Assembly (NCBI GenBank): GCA_013239625.1
Contig: MU054187.1
Location: forward strand, 20,366,897 to 20,430,896
Direction: 5' to 3'
DNA from: Lama guanicoe
Taxonomy: Eukaryota
Length of the DNA stretch: 64,000 nt
Shown here one piece after another: positions 27,401-41,299 of the stretch. Both the position numbers and the translations under genes were made by a program. Position 1 is the first letter of the stretch, and each line of letters starts with the position of its first letter. The notes under the pieces were generated by a model, which made no database searches, had not been told where the DNA came from, and saw nothing but the letters and a program-made list of their open reading frames with translations.

Positions 27401-28991
27401 GTTATATTTACTTGTTTTTGTTTATAATGAGTAAATGCAAGAGCATAGTTTTATTCAGTAGAGAGAATAAATTAGCAAATTAGCTGGCTTTTCATGGGAG
27501 AGGAACCACCTTGACTACCTAGACTGAAGGAAATGCAGAGAGCATGGGTCCAGGTTGGGGAGGCATATGGATTTACAGGTGAGAACGTGGAGAACCTCAT
27601 GATTGCTTTGATGTTCATGGCGAAGTTCAAGACAATGACTTTAGCCCTTGCAGGTGACAAGTTACGGAGAGCAGAACTTGAAGTATGAGGTATGGAGAGA
27701 AGGTATGAAGTCATTACACTGGAGATGGAGAGAAAGAACACACTAGAAAAGCATAGGAGAATTTCCAAGTAGTGTTGAAGTCCTAATGTACTAAGAGATG
27801 AATAAGGTAGCTGTGTGATTTTTCTCAGACAGTATTCCACTGTTTAACCAGGTACAAGCATCAAAATAGTTAACATTTTGATTGGAAACCAGTTTGGAAT
27901 TTTTCTACTTTAAATAAAGAAAAGTATAAGAAGGAGGAAGGATTTAAGGGAACTTGTGATGGGTTAATTATAATTAATAATGCAGAGTCAATATATTCAA
28001 GGTCCCAGTGAGTCACATAGTCATGACACTGAGGGTCAAGTGTTCCTCCCTTTGAGTTATTTGATAGTGAACACTTATATAGTGACTAGGGAACTTTTAC
28101 AGTGATGACTAAGATGGACCATCAGGTCTAGTGAAAAATCTACTGCACTGGAAGCCATAATAATAATAGGAGCAAATACAATAAAAAGTAATAGCTAAAA
28201 AAATTTATTTAATATTTCCATGTGCAAAGCATTACATTAAGTCCTTAACACACTAATTTCCCTAGTTCATGTTGAACAAAATCTCACAGTGCATTATCAT
28301 GGCTCTTGTTCTTTGTTTTTGCTTCCTTTTTAAAATAGGAAACCTAAGACTGAAAGATTTTCTTAGGGTCAAAAAGACCTATAAGATACGGATTTTAGAT
28401 TAGAAAAGACTGTCAAGTTTATGGTGCATGAAGACTGAATTCCATCACTAGATCTGTGTTTCCCAGGTTTTGTAACTGAGAAAGTCACGATGCTTTATAT
28501 TTTCATCTCCTCATTTGTGTTGTAGTAAATGCCACAATATCCCTTTGTTTCTAATTTGATCTTTAATTTTCTAAAGAACTTGAAATCAGGGGCATGAAAA
28601 AGACTCCATCTAACTACTTTGGAATATACAGATGGCACTTTAGTTACCATTTTGAGATTATACTTTAAAATTCACTATTAAACTTCATATTTCACTGTAA
28701 GTCTTCCTAGTACTAACCTGGTACCTATTTAAAGTCAGGATTCTTTACTATCATAAACATAATTTTCTCTCATTTTAATAGGATATTATACTTAGTGCTT
28801 TCACACAAACTTTTTGTTGTAGTCCTTACATTTGTAATGGGGAGCTATTGATCTACAGTGGCTAAGTTTACACTCAACATATTTAGTGATTTCAACATGT
28901 TTCTAAATAATATACAATTCATGTAGCATTAAGTCAGCATAATGTTTCCATAACATAGGGAGTGTTTGGTGCCAAAAGACCATGTATTAAA

Positions 28992-29650
28992 CATATAATG
29001 TGTTTTATGTGCAAAAAACATATAACGTCTTTACAACGTAACAATGTGTTACATAATTTCTTGCATGATACACCAGAGCACCAGCTTAGGGGCTCAGAAA
29101 TTAATTATAAAGGCTGAATAGTTATGGAAGCAAGGCAGTAATTTGTTCTAGAGAAAGCATTGTATATAAAACCCATCACATGCATTCCTGTCTTCTAATA
29201 CAGCTCTAGTCTTTTTTTTTTTTTACATTTTTATTGATTCATAATCATTTTACAGTGTTGTGTCAAATTCCAGTGTTCAGTACAATTTTTCAGTCATACA
29301 TGGACATATACACACTCATTGTCACATTTTTTTCTCTGTGATTTATCATAACATTTTGTGTATATTTCCCTGTGCTATACAGTGTAATCTTGTTTATCTG
29401 TTCTACAATTTTGAAATCCCAGTCTATCCATATAATGTGTTTTATGTGCAAAAAACATATAACGTCTTTACAACGTAACAATGTGTTACATAATTTCTTG
29501 CATGATACACCAGAGCACCAGCTTAGGGGCTCAGAAATTAATTAGAAAGGCTGAATAGTTATGGAAGCAAGGCAGTAATTTGTTCTAGAGAAGGCATTGT
29601 ATATAAAACCCATCACATGCATCCCTGTCTTCTAATACAGCTCTAGTCTT
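28992..29650. repeat. 222-bp direct repeat (28992-29213 / 29429-29650) flanking the L1 fragment
   Basis: Base-by-base comparison shows 3 substitutions, no indels and an offset of 437. Confidence 0.96.
29214..29428 (-). mobile_element. young L1 3'-end fragment (5'-truncated)
   Basis: Poly-T tail on +, and AATAAA on - at 29230-29235. About 96% identical (4 differences in ~113 nt) to the + strand copy at 52.2 kb. Flanked by a 222-bp direct repeat. Confidence 0.88.
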
Positions 29651-32600
29651 GATTACTATATATTAAGTAGTATTACATATATTAATATAGCAATATTTTA
29701 TATTACCATAGTAAATATAAATGTGTATAAATAAATGTGTATACGTATATACGTATATATTTTTTTCCACTCTGCTTTGATCCTTACCAAACTTGCCAGG
29801 CACTCAGTGCAGCTCACATGGCCTTTTAATTCTTCAGCATTGTAATAGAAGGTGCATAAACTTAAGTTATTGCATTTACTCACACTTTGATTCCTCAGAA
29901 ATTGCCATAATATTATGTGTGAGGGAATAAATGTCTTTCCTCTCAATTGCATGAAGTTCACGATTTGGGGTTATAAATTAGTACCTCAGCGTATCTACCA
30001 GCTTATAAAACAGAGTCATGAATGAAGACCAGAGGCTCTACCAATTATTCATGGCTAATGTCCTTCAAACAATGATGTACTTTGGAAGAATAAATTCTGT
30101 TTACCTTGCTTGAAAATTTTCAATAAATGTTATTTATAGAATATTGGGGCTACATATCCAGGGAAAATGCTTGTGTCAAGTGGAATATATGTGAGAGCAG
30201 CAGAGCTTGCATGAGACTGAGATTCTCCACTTCCTGCTTATGTCCCTGAATCATGTTTTACCTGAAAATTATGTAGTGTATATAGTCAGTTAGCTACCTG
30301 CCTAGCCAGAAAGATGGCTAGCTGGGTACTTAGGTAGATAGACAGAAGATAGCCACTGATTAGACAGACTTAGGAAGCCCTGATTATTCCAAATTGATTT
30401 GAGTAACTAGTAAAACATTAAACTTGATATAAGCTTTATTGGTCTCAGAATATTCTTCGGAATTATTCTCTCAAACTTAAAAGCGATGCATTTAAGCTGC
30501 GCCCATGTTGGCTTTAAAGTGTGCCTGATGTGATCTAATATGCAGGATTTGACTACAAAGTGTAAACTATCCATGAATAGCTTTATTGCTTTCACATATA
30601 CATAGCTTTATATATATTCACACACATATGTACACATATGTATATATACACCTTCACATATACATACTTGTGTGAGGTGCTGCACGTTTGTAAGTTTTTA
30701 TGATACGTAGACTATAAATGATGCAAGATAACGTTGGTCTCATTTAATCATGCATACTGGAAAATAAATTTTTAAAATGACAGTTTCAGATTGGTCCAAT
30801 TTAGAGAAAATTGTTCAAAATGATTTGTGAGTATGCTTCATATTTAAAGACAAATCCTACATATTTTATATAGACCTAAGTTCCAAAATGTAAACTTGCA
30901 TTAAATAGCAATAGAGCACATGAAAAATGCTACCTGGAGAGAAGAGACCAGATGATCTTATGGTCTGTGGCTGAGTGATGTCATGATTGAATTCACTTAA
31001 TCAAGGTCTAAGTCACTAGTGTTTGTAAATTGGGCATATCTGATATTGGTAGAGATTCTGCAGCATAGATGTCATAACACTGGGAATTTTGAATGATCAT
31101 AGAAGAGACCTTGAGAAATTGTTTAGTTCTACCTTTTTCAGAAAATTATGTATCATTGAAAAAATCTGATTTCCCTTTATTATTTCATTTAGAATTGTCC
31201 CCAAGATCTCCTAGAATTTATCACAGAATATAAAAATCCGTATTACCCATGCAACTATATCACTTACATTTTGAATCATTTGAAAAAAAATACCAAGAAT
31301 TTTGAAAGAAAGAATCCAGCTGGAAATATATCTGATGTATTTCACTAAAAGTTATCCCTAGAACTAAATATACTACCTACTTGGGAAAAAGTATTTATTT
31401 AGATACTAGCCAACTTTTGGGATAAATTCTCAGAACAGTCCATCAGTTATATCTAATAAATCTTTGAATTTTTATTCTGCACGTCTTCAAATGTAAAAAA
31501 TAAAATAAAATAACATAAAAGTATCATAAATGTGATCAGTTTTCCCATAAATGTGAAAAATACATGTTTTAATTTTTAGGTGACTGCACATTCAGCAAAT
31601 ATTGATAAATTAATGCATATTTCCAAAAATGTCAATTTCTTATATTCAGTGTGATGAAATTAGTGAACACAAAATATTGATTAAAATTTCATTTCATTTA
31701 GGAAAGTGCCAGACCTCATACCACAACCAGATTTATTCTAATCTGCATGAATTCAAGAGAATATGCCATGATGAATACACAGACATCAGGCTCTTAAACT
31801 TGGAGTTGGGGAGAAGAAAAGCTGCCATACGACCTCACCTTGAGGAATGTCACTTAGATCTACTTGGCCATTGCGGCTGAAGAAGGTAGCTGTGGAAGTA
31901 ATCAGCAGCAGCAAAGAAACTGAAGGCAAAGAAACAGAGCCCAACCACAGAGCCTGCTCATTTTCCTTTGTCTTTTAACTTCCTGCGTGGGCAAGGAGAC
32001 ATTTTAATAAACCTACTTGCGGGCTACGTCTAATTCTCCATTACCCAGTCAAAGTCTGTCTCCAATTGAACAGGACAAGCTTCCCACATGGTGAGTTTCA
32101 GGCTCAGAAATCTCACATGTTTTAGAGAAGACACTACAGGTATAAAACTACTAGATAATGTTTTCCCAATTTTCATTTACTTTCTAGATCTCTTTGTATC
32201 TCTTGCAGACAACAGGATATAAAAATCATTGTCCAGTTCTAAAAAGGAATGCAAATTAAGTGCACATCAATCAAACAGGAAGGATAGAAGCTTATAAGCT
32301 ATTATATCTGTGTTCTTTTTGGGCGAATGATCAGCTCTAGAAAAAGTTTACCCCTTTAGGAAAAAAATAAAAAAATCATTGGATATTTATTTTAAAAATC
32401 TATAGCAAAAAGCAAGGTAAGTCATAGAGCACATAAGAACCAGAGAAAGAAAATAGTATGGGATACTTACTATTAGGAAAAAAGGAGATATTAAAACAAC
32501 TTTTACATATTTTCTAGGAACTTAGAAAATGTCGGGACTATTCCATAAAAAAAGAAGAAATCAAAATTAAGTGAGCTTAACAAAATTAAGAAAATAAACT

Positions 32601-33373
32601 TGGAATAATAAAGACAAAGTAAGAAGATTTGGTACCAGAATCAATGATGCTGAAACTAAAGCAACAACTTGGAACGAAGGAAAGATTTAAGTGTCCAAAA
32701 AGAAGGACAAAAAAAAAGCTCCTTACAAAGAAATTAGGAGAAGAATATATTAGAAGTCTAATAACTGTGTTGCCTGCTGATTGACAAAGGGCAAGTCTTT
32801 CAAATTATGAAGCAAATTATCAGATATTGTTTATCATCACTACTTTAAAATCCTCTCTAATATGATAGCTTTGGCAGAGGTCTTGACGTTCATGGTCAAT
32901 TTTATTCGTTAATATTATTTTCAGATTCTAATAAATTCAATATAATTGACATCAAAAGTTCAATCTCTCATTCAGTTTAAAGTGCTCTCCTCCACTTTCT
33001 CAAATTCCTCTTCAGTCCTTAGTGTCTTCCCGAGCTCAGGCTTGATCTAGACTCAGAAATTTGTAGGAGGAGTTATTGGCACAGAGTTTCTATCCTGCCT
33101 TCCTCAGTAGGTACTGTTTCATTTCTCCTGTGGAACCAGGCTCAGGGGGGAGCAGGTAGTGAGTCGAAGCCTTTTTCCTGCGAGAAGAAATTAGTCTTTC
33201 TGATTTCTGCTGGCAGGTGGGTCTCTTCTAAAGTGTTTCTCAAAAAACGTCTTGCATAATAGCCTTCTGTCTTGCCCATTGCACCCTTGGGGGGAAAAGT
33301 TTGCACCTTTGCAGAACCAGAAACTGAAAATGTAGGTTGCATCCTACTTGGCCCTTTTCACTTTTTATCAATA

Positions 33374-33462
33374 TTATTTTTCTAGTGGAAGTACTGGAGA
33401 TTGGATCCAGGACCTTGTAAATGCTAAGCATGTGCTCTACCACAGAGCCATACCCCCAGCCC
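33374..33462 (-). mobile_element. tRNA-derived SINE, shorter variant
   Basis: Reverse complement reads GGGCTGGGGGTATGGCTCTGTGGTAGAGCAC...GGTCCTGGATCCAATCTCCAGTAC. It lacks the C-rich 3' segment of the other copies. Confidence 0.8.
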
Positions 33463-33789
33463 TCTATTTGCTTTTCTATTCTGGCTTGACAGACAGCCCA
33501 GCCTGGTGTGGTGGGAAGTCTTCAGAGCACTAACTTCAGAGAAATTCTCATTTCACTGTTCATCTCGATGTAATCCTTTTGCAGACTCATATTTAATATA
33601 AGGTTGGATGATGGGCTGCCAAACCTGTTTTAAGCTACTGTTTTTCATATCCAGCAAAGATGGTAAAGTACATTCTTTAGGACTTTCTCTTTTCATTTTG
33701 AGGCCTCAGTTGAAACATCTGGGTAGGAGAAAAAATTATAGAATTGTATTAATAATCAAGTGTTGGTTAATTTAGAAATGGACACTTTT

Positions 33790-34270
33790 ATTTTCCTTGG
33801 GTTTAATTATAAATTGGTTTAACCTTTTTGAAATCCACTTTGGCAATATGTATGAAAACATAAAATGAAAATTTTCAAAAAAAAATGTGTATGTATTCTG
33901 AAATGCTCATTATGGCCTAACTGATTCAGAAGCAAAAAGTGAAATGTGCTAAATTTTCAATAATTAAAGAGTAGATGACCACGTATGAAATATTAGAAAA
34001 TGCAATACTATGCAACTATTTAAAATAATGCTATTTATTTAAATGAATAGATCTCCATGCATACAGTATTGTCAAAACTATAGGTTATTCAACAGATGGT
34101 ATTAATAAATACACCTATGTACAATTTAAATACATTTATATTTATTTATTTGACTATCTACTCATATATAAATGTCTGAAAGGATGTTCACCAAAAAATA
34201 ACAGTGACAAAATTGTTGAGTTTTCTGATTGTTTATTTCTTTTGTATTTTTCTGTGTTGTTTCCATTTCT
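33790..34270 (+). mobile_element. L1ME-like 3' remnant
   Basis: ATAAATTGGTTTAACCTTTTTGAAA...TTTGGCAATATGTAT; AATACTATGCAACTATTTAAAATAATG. Confidence 0.55.
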
Positions 34271-37200
34271 TTTAGTAAGGGCATGCTTTTTTTTAAAAAA
34301 TAAATGACATGTTGATATTTTATTGCAAACTAAATTATTATACCCAAAAAATCATTTGAAGGGCTTATACACACCCTTATAATTACCAGTAATAAAGATA
34401 ATAATGTGAATTATATTATTAATAATAATCTGATGACATTGGATCACTTTTCACATTCTCTTTAAAAGTTAATTAATGTGAGTACGGCAACTAACTGTAT
34501 CTATTGCTTAAATACTTCATCAAGTGGCGGCATTAGATGGCCCCGTGTGCTCTGCCCTTTTTTAATCATTTGAATTACAATTTATAGCAACCATGATATC
34601 CTTACTGTAAAGGGGCTGCCAAGCAAGAACCCTGTGTCTAGCTATGAAGGTTTTTGCACTGCACAATGGTAGGTGATATTATTCACAGAGGTTATAATCT
34701 GAAGGGGTCCCCCATGCGATGTATGCAATACGGTAGATCTGCTATGAAGTGACATTTCTGAGAATTGTCTGACGTTTGCACATGTTAGAAATCTCTAGGG
34801 AATTATACCAAAGAAGTAGAATCCCCTGCTGGATTTAAGTGTGCACCTGGCCTGCAACTCCAAAAGAGAATGTGGCTCAATTCTCATTCAAGAATTCCCA
34901 ACTTTTGGGCTTAAAGTCCCAAGTTCAAAAATTAAGATTGCCCCATTCAGGAAAAAAAATGGGGATGGTCCTTTCATGACTGCTATCAGTTTACATTTAA
35001 TTCTGTCATGGCTTCTGATTGAGGCAAAAAAAAAAAAATCAAGGGTACAGTAACTCTACCTTAGTTGTTCCATGATGGCCATGATGACCAGAGATTAAGG
35101 ATTTCAGCCCTCTTCTCCAAGTTATTTCTCTTGCCTTGATGGAATTTGCAGGTGATTTTTATTCTATATGGATTTCTAAAAATGAGAAAAATGATTCAAA
35201 CTCCTTTACATTAGAAACAGATTTTAAAAGTTCATAACACAAAATTCATATGGTGAAGACATGTGTAGATGGTTAACCCTGGTGCCCGAAGACTGCACTG
35301 CTAATTTTCCCTGAAAGGCACTGTGCAGTCTGATGCCTTCTGATTAGAAGACCCGGAGGCCATGGGCTCTGCCCTGCCCCACCAGGCATCATGGTGCTAG
35401 TTTTAAGGATGCAGAGAGTAAACGTACAGGTGGTGCTGAGGTTTCCTTTTGATTATTGTATACCCAGGGCAGAGTTATTGATCCCACAGTGTCAAATTAG
35501 CAGCACCTAAGTTGAAGTGTGATGCCCAGTATTTTAGTGGTTTTTAGCAGTAGATGTGTGACAGAGTTTATTAAAACACAGAGCTGATTGGAAAAGCCCT
35601 ATTTTATGAAGGAAAGTCATATTTTTTGGACAAATTAAACTTTAACTCATTTTTGGAAACTTTTTAAAAGGTCCTCCATTTGATATACTATGAACCTAGC
35701 AATTAAATATTCCAAAAAGGGGGTGGAAACAGAGCTATAATATCAAATAAACACAAACCAAAAAGCAGAAACAATACACATATACACGGGTTTTGACTTT
35801 TTAACTCGGAATAGAAGATGAAGAAAGAAAGAAATAGATATAGGTCTAGATGGACAGGCTAAACAGGAAAGAAAGAAAAGTTGAAATGGTAACATATCTA
35901 ACTATTCTAAATGGTTAAATTAGGAAAGAGGGCTATTTTCACTACAACAAAAAACATGAAAGTTGACTAGGGTCCAAACAAGCCTGTATCAATATAAGGG
36001 ATGGGTTGGGGATCTCTGAGGAAACTTGGAGTCAATAAATTATTGAGACACCCTCACATGAAATGCAAAGAAACAAAAGACAGTCTACCCTTTGATGACA
36101 GAAATCTATACTGGGTGGTTTAACAATAGACCAGAGTGGTGAGAGATCGCTTGCAGATCACCTGAAGTACTTTCAGCAAGGTTAGATGAGATTCTAGACA
36201 ACACAGTTACTACAGGGGGAAGGAGGAAGAACCTGGCATATTCCCTCAAGGGAACACGTCTGAGAAACTTATCGAGTTTGGCCTCTAAGGAAAGTTATAG
36301 GTGAGAAGAGAAAAACCAAAGAGGAGAACAGACAGGGCAACAATAAATGTGTTCCAGGCATGTGTTTAATTTCTGTCTGATAGATGGTCCCAACCGTGTG
36401 TGATAATTCTACTCAGGTAGGGGAAGATGGAGAGGATGTCTTTCAATAATAGATTGTTTGGTTTTTTTTTCAGATCCAGAAATTATTGACTTCTTCTCTC
36501 ACTCTGGAGAATCCTACAGGCAAGAGGAAGGTATTCAGAAAACAGAAAGTCCAAGTTTGAAATAAAGTGAAAATAAATGGTAGAAACTTGTAATAACAGA
36601 AGTGAGGCTGGTTGTACAAGTATCACAAAAATAAATGGACACAGTTACATAGGCTGAAAATGTTAAAACGCAGCAGATCCTGTTTCAAGAGAGTTGGGGA
36701 GCAATGAAAACACACGAAAGAAGGTGGTTTACTGGCGTTGTGGAATGTGATGGAAGTTTTTTTTATTCCTTATCTGTATTCCACCTCTTTTTTTAACATT
36801 GGTGAACACCTTCTGCACATTAATGATTAATAATAGCGACAGCATACCTCATTGCTTTTTTCTTAATATTAGTATGATATATGTCTACCTTTTCAACCTT
36901 AAATACCATTTTGGCTATTAGTATGAGATATGTAGTCCTCACATACATAAACTCATAAGTTTATGCTTTACTTTTTTAAGAGAATTTCTTTATTAAGTGT
37001 GAGTACTGGATTTGATTGAAAGTCTTTTTAGCATCCTTTGAAATCATTCATTCTATTGATAACCTGTAATATGTTGCTATTTAGACCAAAATGAATCAAC
37101 CTCAGGTTCTTGAACTAAAGAAACACTACTTAACCATGGCCAATGCTTTCTTTAAGGGATTTTTCTATTTTACACATGTATTTTATTTAAGAATTTAGCA

Positions 37201-37482
37201 TATACATTTCATGTATGGGATTCAGAAACTAGTGATCTAAAATTGAATGCCGTAGAAATGTTCTTACATGTACTTGTTAAAAACAAATTTCTATAGTAAA
37301 ATAGATATTATAGATGCTTCTTTAGCAAATAGCTCTTAGAATATACTGTATAATCACATACTAAATCCTTCAAAAAGTCTCCCATTTAATCAAAGAATCC
37401 ATTATATTATGTTTTTTTAAAAAAATTTCCTAGTATTTGTCTAGCTTATTATTTTAACACATTTTTTTCTCTAAGCTATATT

Positions 37483-38116
37483 TGTAGTAGGCAGAATTTT
37501 GGCCCCCATGAGTTTTGCCCCCTAGTTTCGTACCTGTTAACATGTTGCTACATTACTAGCAAAAGGGGCTTTGCAGATGCCATTGAATTTACTCATAAGT
37601 AGACCTTAATATAGTAGGGAGATTGTCCTAGATTATTCTGATAGGCCCAATGCATTCACAGGAGCTCTTAGGAGCGGAACTGTCTCTAGGCTCTGAGGAG
37701 AGAGGAAGTTAAAGAGATGTGGGAAAAATGGAAGTCAGGGAAATCTGCTGCACCCCAGCTGGTTGTAAAGATGCAAGAGGCCTTAGTCAAGGGGTGCAGG
37801 GGGGTTGAAGAAACTAAGAATGACCCTTGGCCAGTTGTTGGTTCCCTGGTCAAACAAAGGAGCCTCCAATCTTACAGTCACATGGAATCGAATTCTACCA
37901 AAACCCCGAAAAAGCCTACATGTGGATTCTTCCCTAAAGCCGCCAGTAAGTGTCCAGGTTGGCTGGTATTTTGGTTCCAGCCTTGGGAGACCCTAAGCAG
38001 AATGTCTGCCTGAGCCCATCTGGGCTTCCAACACTTGTAACTGTGAATAATAAATGGGTACTATGGTAAGTTGTCACATTATGATAACTTATTAGGACGG
38101 CAATAGAAAGCATATA
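37483..38116 (+). mobile_element. MLT1 (ERVL-MaLR) solo LTR
   Basis: Starts TGTAGTAGGCAGAATTTTGGCCCC, contains GGCTTTGCAGATG and AATAAATGGGT, and ends GCAATAGAAAGCATATA. ATATT/GTATT 5-bp TSD-like flanks. Confidence 0.85.
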
Positions 38117-40036
38117 GTATTTAACACAGTTTCACTGAAATAAATGATAGAGAAGTGCATTTTTAATTAAATAGGGGTGGTAAGGTAACCTTGAACTGTA
38201 AAATGACTCTGGAAAATGTTTCCTCTTGAATGACTCTAGATTTTGCTTTAGAAATAAGGAACAATTTGGATCTGAATCCACACATAAAATTTAGTATAAA
38301 TTTTAGTCTAACACATTTAAGTGGTGTTACGTTTAACTGCATTTGCACTAACTGATATTCTCACTGTAAGGATGAAGCATTGCTCAACCTTAAGAGAATT
38401 TCAGCCTTCCTACACTACAGTGATTAGTTACGATACAATGATGGTGGTGACACTGCTCCCTTGAGGATACAAATCATTACTGTGGAAAGCATTTTGCAGT
38501 TCTATTATTTACTAGTCAGCCAAGTGTATTTTCTCTAAGGAAAATAATGTCCATGAAATATTCATCAAAGATTCCAGATATTTAAATACTCCTTTGCTGG
38601 AACCAAAATGCTCAGATGTAATAAAGAAGAAAATATTAAATAAAAGCATTTGTACAAAGGATTTTGAAAATTATTGTATTTACTAGTGTTAAATTTACCA
38701 AGTGAATTGATTTTTGTGTGTGTGTGAAAAGTGGCCATAAAATGGTTATTGAAAGATTTACACGATATGAAATTAGCCCAGAATCAAAGGAGGAAGTCTG
38801 GCAGCTGCCAGAGTTGATGTTCGAGGTCAAGGAGAGAGACAGAGACAAAGATGATAGGGATAGAGACAGAGACACACACAGAGAGACAGACACGGAGAGG
38901 AAGAAAAACTCATTTTGACCTTTCTCCCGCCCTACGGTTTGGAAGGCACTGGCTGAGTTCAGCTGCACGACAGCCAGTAGGAATCAGTCGGCTCCTGACA
39001 CCAAGCAGACCAGCAAGGAAGGAAATGGATTTCAGAGGAAACAAGCTAAGCTTAGAACAAATGACCAACCAGCTTTTGGCCAACTGCTTTCAGGAAATAG
39101 GTAAATTCTCATTTTAAACAAAGTATTTCTTATAAAATAATGATACAGAAGTATCTTTCCCAGGCCACAGCACATACACAATAGGATTGATACACACAAC
39201 TTTGTAGTTTTTGAAATTCACTTTAATGAATAATCATTTACATTATTAAAATTACACGTTGTTATAGAATTTTTGAGAGAATGTTTTAAAGATCAGCCAA
39301 TTGCTCACTTAACATAAAGATGGGAAATTTGAAACCAGTATGATGTAACTGACTTCTTAGACCCTCATCATTCTACTTGCTGCATGCATTGTATGACTCT
39401 GTTACTCCCTTTTAAAAGTTCTGAGAAAAATGATACATGAGGTTTACATGTAGGAACAGCACTGGTACAAAATGTGCATGCAATGACAACTTAAGAGAAT
39501 CATAAATATGATCTAAAATCTACATGATAAATAATATATAACATGTGTCAATAAAATATCTACAAGGTAATAGTCATGTGTTTTAAAGGGCTTGTCTTTG
39601 GTGGCTTTACTAACCCATTCTCCTGACAATAATCTTGTGTGCAGAGAACGTTAACTATCATTGTTTCCTTTTGATGATGGTTTCTATAGCAGTTAGGAAA
39701 GGTTAAAAATATGCAGTTTATAACACTGACATCACTTACTTGCAAGTAACAGAAACCTTATCTGATTTAAACAGTAAAAGCAATTTAATAATAATTTTAA
39801 AAAGTACTGTGTAGCTTAAAAAATTCTAAAGAAGCCTGAAGAACAGATTTTGGAAAATAAGAATCACAAAAAGGAGCCAGATTCTCAGCCAAATGAGGCT
39901 GCACATTAGGGTGGTGAGAACACTGCTGACTGAAGCTGCAGCTGATCCCTGAAAACTACAGCGCACACTGGGATTCTTGGCTCTGAATCGCCAGTTTGCC
40001 AGCAGTGATGAGCCAAAAGGAAAAAAAAAAAAAAAA

Positions 40037-40077
40037 NNNNNNNNNNNNNNNNNNNNNNNNNNNNNNNNNNNNNNNNN
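40037..40077. other. assembly gap within poly-A sequence
   Basis: N-run between A-tracts. Confidence 0.98.
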
Positions 40078-40602
40078 GCAAAAGAAAAAAAAAAAAAAAA
40101 AAGCACGCTGCTACCGCTACATCTAGAAAGGAATTGGTCCTTGTTCTGCTTATTTGCATCACTTGGTCAGGACTCCAGCAGGCAGCTGGTGTATTTGGTT
40201 GGCTAAGCCTAGTTTAGCAACTCCTGGGTGTAGATTGCTCAGCATGCACCCCAAACTACCTTCTGGCAGGACTTGAAATTGAATTGAAATTCCTTCTGGC
40301 AAGAAGTGAAGAGACTGCAAAAGGAAAAGCTGCATTTCTGATGTCTCCTGTGCAGAAAGGGTACTCAGTTTAATTCTAACAATGAATCTAGTTCCGTGAG
40401 ACTTGGATTCAGCGCTGAGGTACTCAGGGGTGTGAAGCATCCTTACTGATGGTGTAGATCATGTAGTGGCGATGTGGCTCTGGGAGGTGGTAACTTGATT
40501 CAGCAGTTTCCTGATGGTGAGAGGCAGAAGCTGTCTTCTCTCTCCACCTTTACAGTGTGATTTTGTGAGTCATCTCTAAAAGCTCACCTAGAGTCTCCTT
40601 TT

Positions 40603-40701
40603 GAAAAAAAAATTGTTTTTAATTGAAATATAGTCAGTTACAATGTATCAGTTTCTGGTGTACAGCACAATGCCTGGACCATACATATACATATGTATAT
40701 T
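40603..40701 (-). mobile_element. short L1 3'-terminal fragment
   Basis: TTTTTAATTGAAATATAGTCAGTTACAATGTATCAGTTTCTGGTGTACAGCA resembles an L1 terminus. 12-bp TSD GAGTCTCCTTTT (40591-40602 / 40702-40713). Confidence 0.75.
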
Positions 40702-41299
40702 GAGTCTCCTTTTTTAATGTTCTTAATGATGCTTTGAGCCATATATACCTCAAAATACTTCCTCATGCTTAAACTGCTACATAGAATCATGTAACCTGTA
40801 AACCAAGAATGCCCATTAATGAAATAACTAGAATATGGAAGTGTGTCGCTGTAACAGATTTCAAGAAAACTATTTTTCCTGGGTTGTTTGAAGGGTGTGA
40901 GAATCCATGAATCTTAAAAAAAGATGCTTTGGAAGTTCAGGACACTCAAGGATAAAACTATTAAATGAACACCTATAGTTTGCCACATAAAGTATATTGA
41001 AGACAAGCTTTGGCTGGTGCAGTGGAGCCGAGGGATATAAGAACGGTGGAGTGGGCTGCTTGCTTCTAGCTACAGTAGAGGATTTAAAGCAAAGACGTTA
41101 GGCTCAAACTGTTAATTGTCAGCTCGATTCAGAGTCAGAAAGCCATGGACATTCGAATGCAGTCCTAAAATATTCTGTTATTCTACTTCAGAGCCTGCAG
41201 ACCTGTAGTTCAGATACAGCTCAAGTTCATGTGATGTGCTGAAGTGGAATTTGTGACGGTTTAATACTATGACAATTTGCTTACAATAAAACTAAAATT

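Noticed and set aside
30290..30340. Hairpin CTAGCCA-GAAAGA-TGGCTAG as a miRNA or structured RNA
   Set aside because: The perfect stem is only 7 bp and the extension is poor, so it is expected by chance.
31629..31950. Possible coding exon (acceptor-like TTTCATTTAG, 83-aa ORF)
   Set aside because: No recognisable protein similarity or convincing partner exons.
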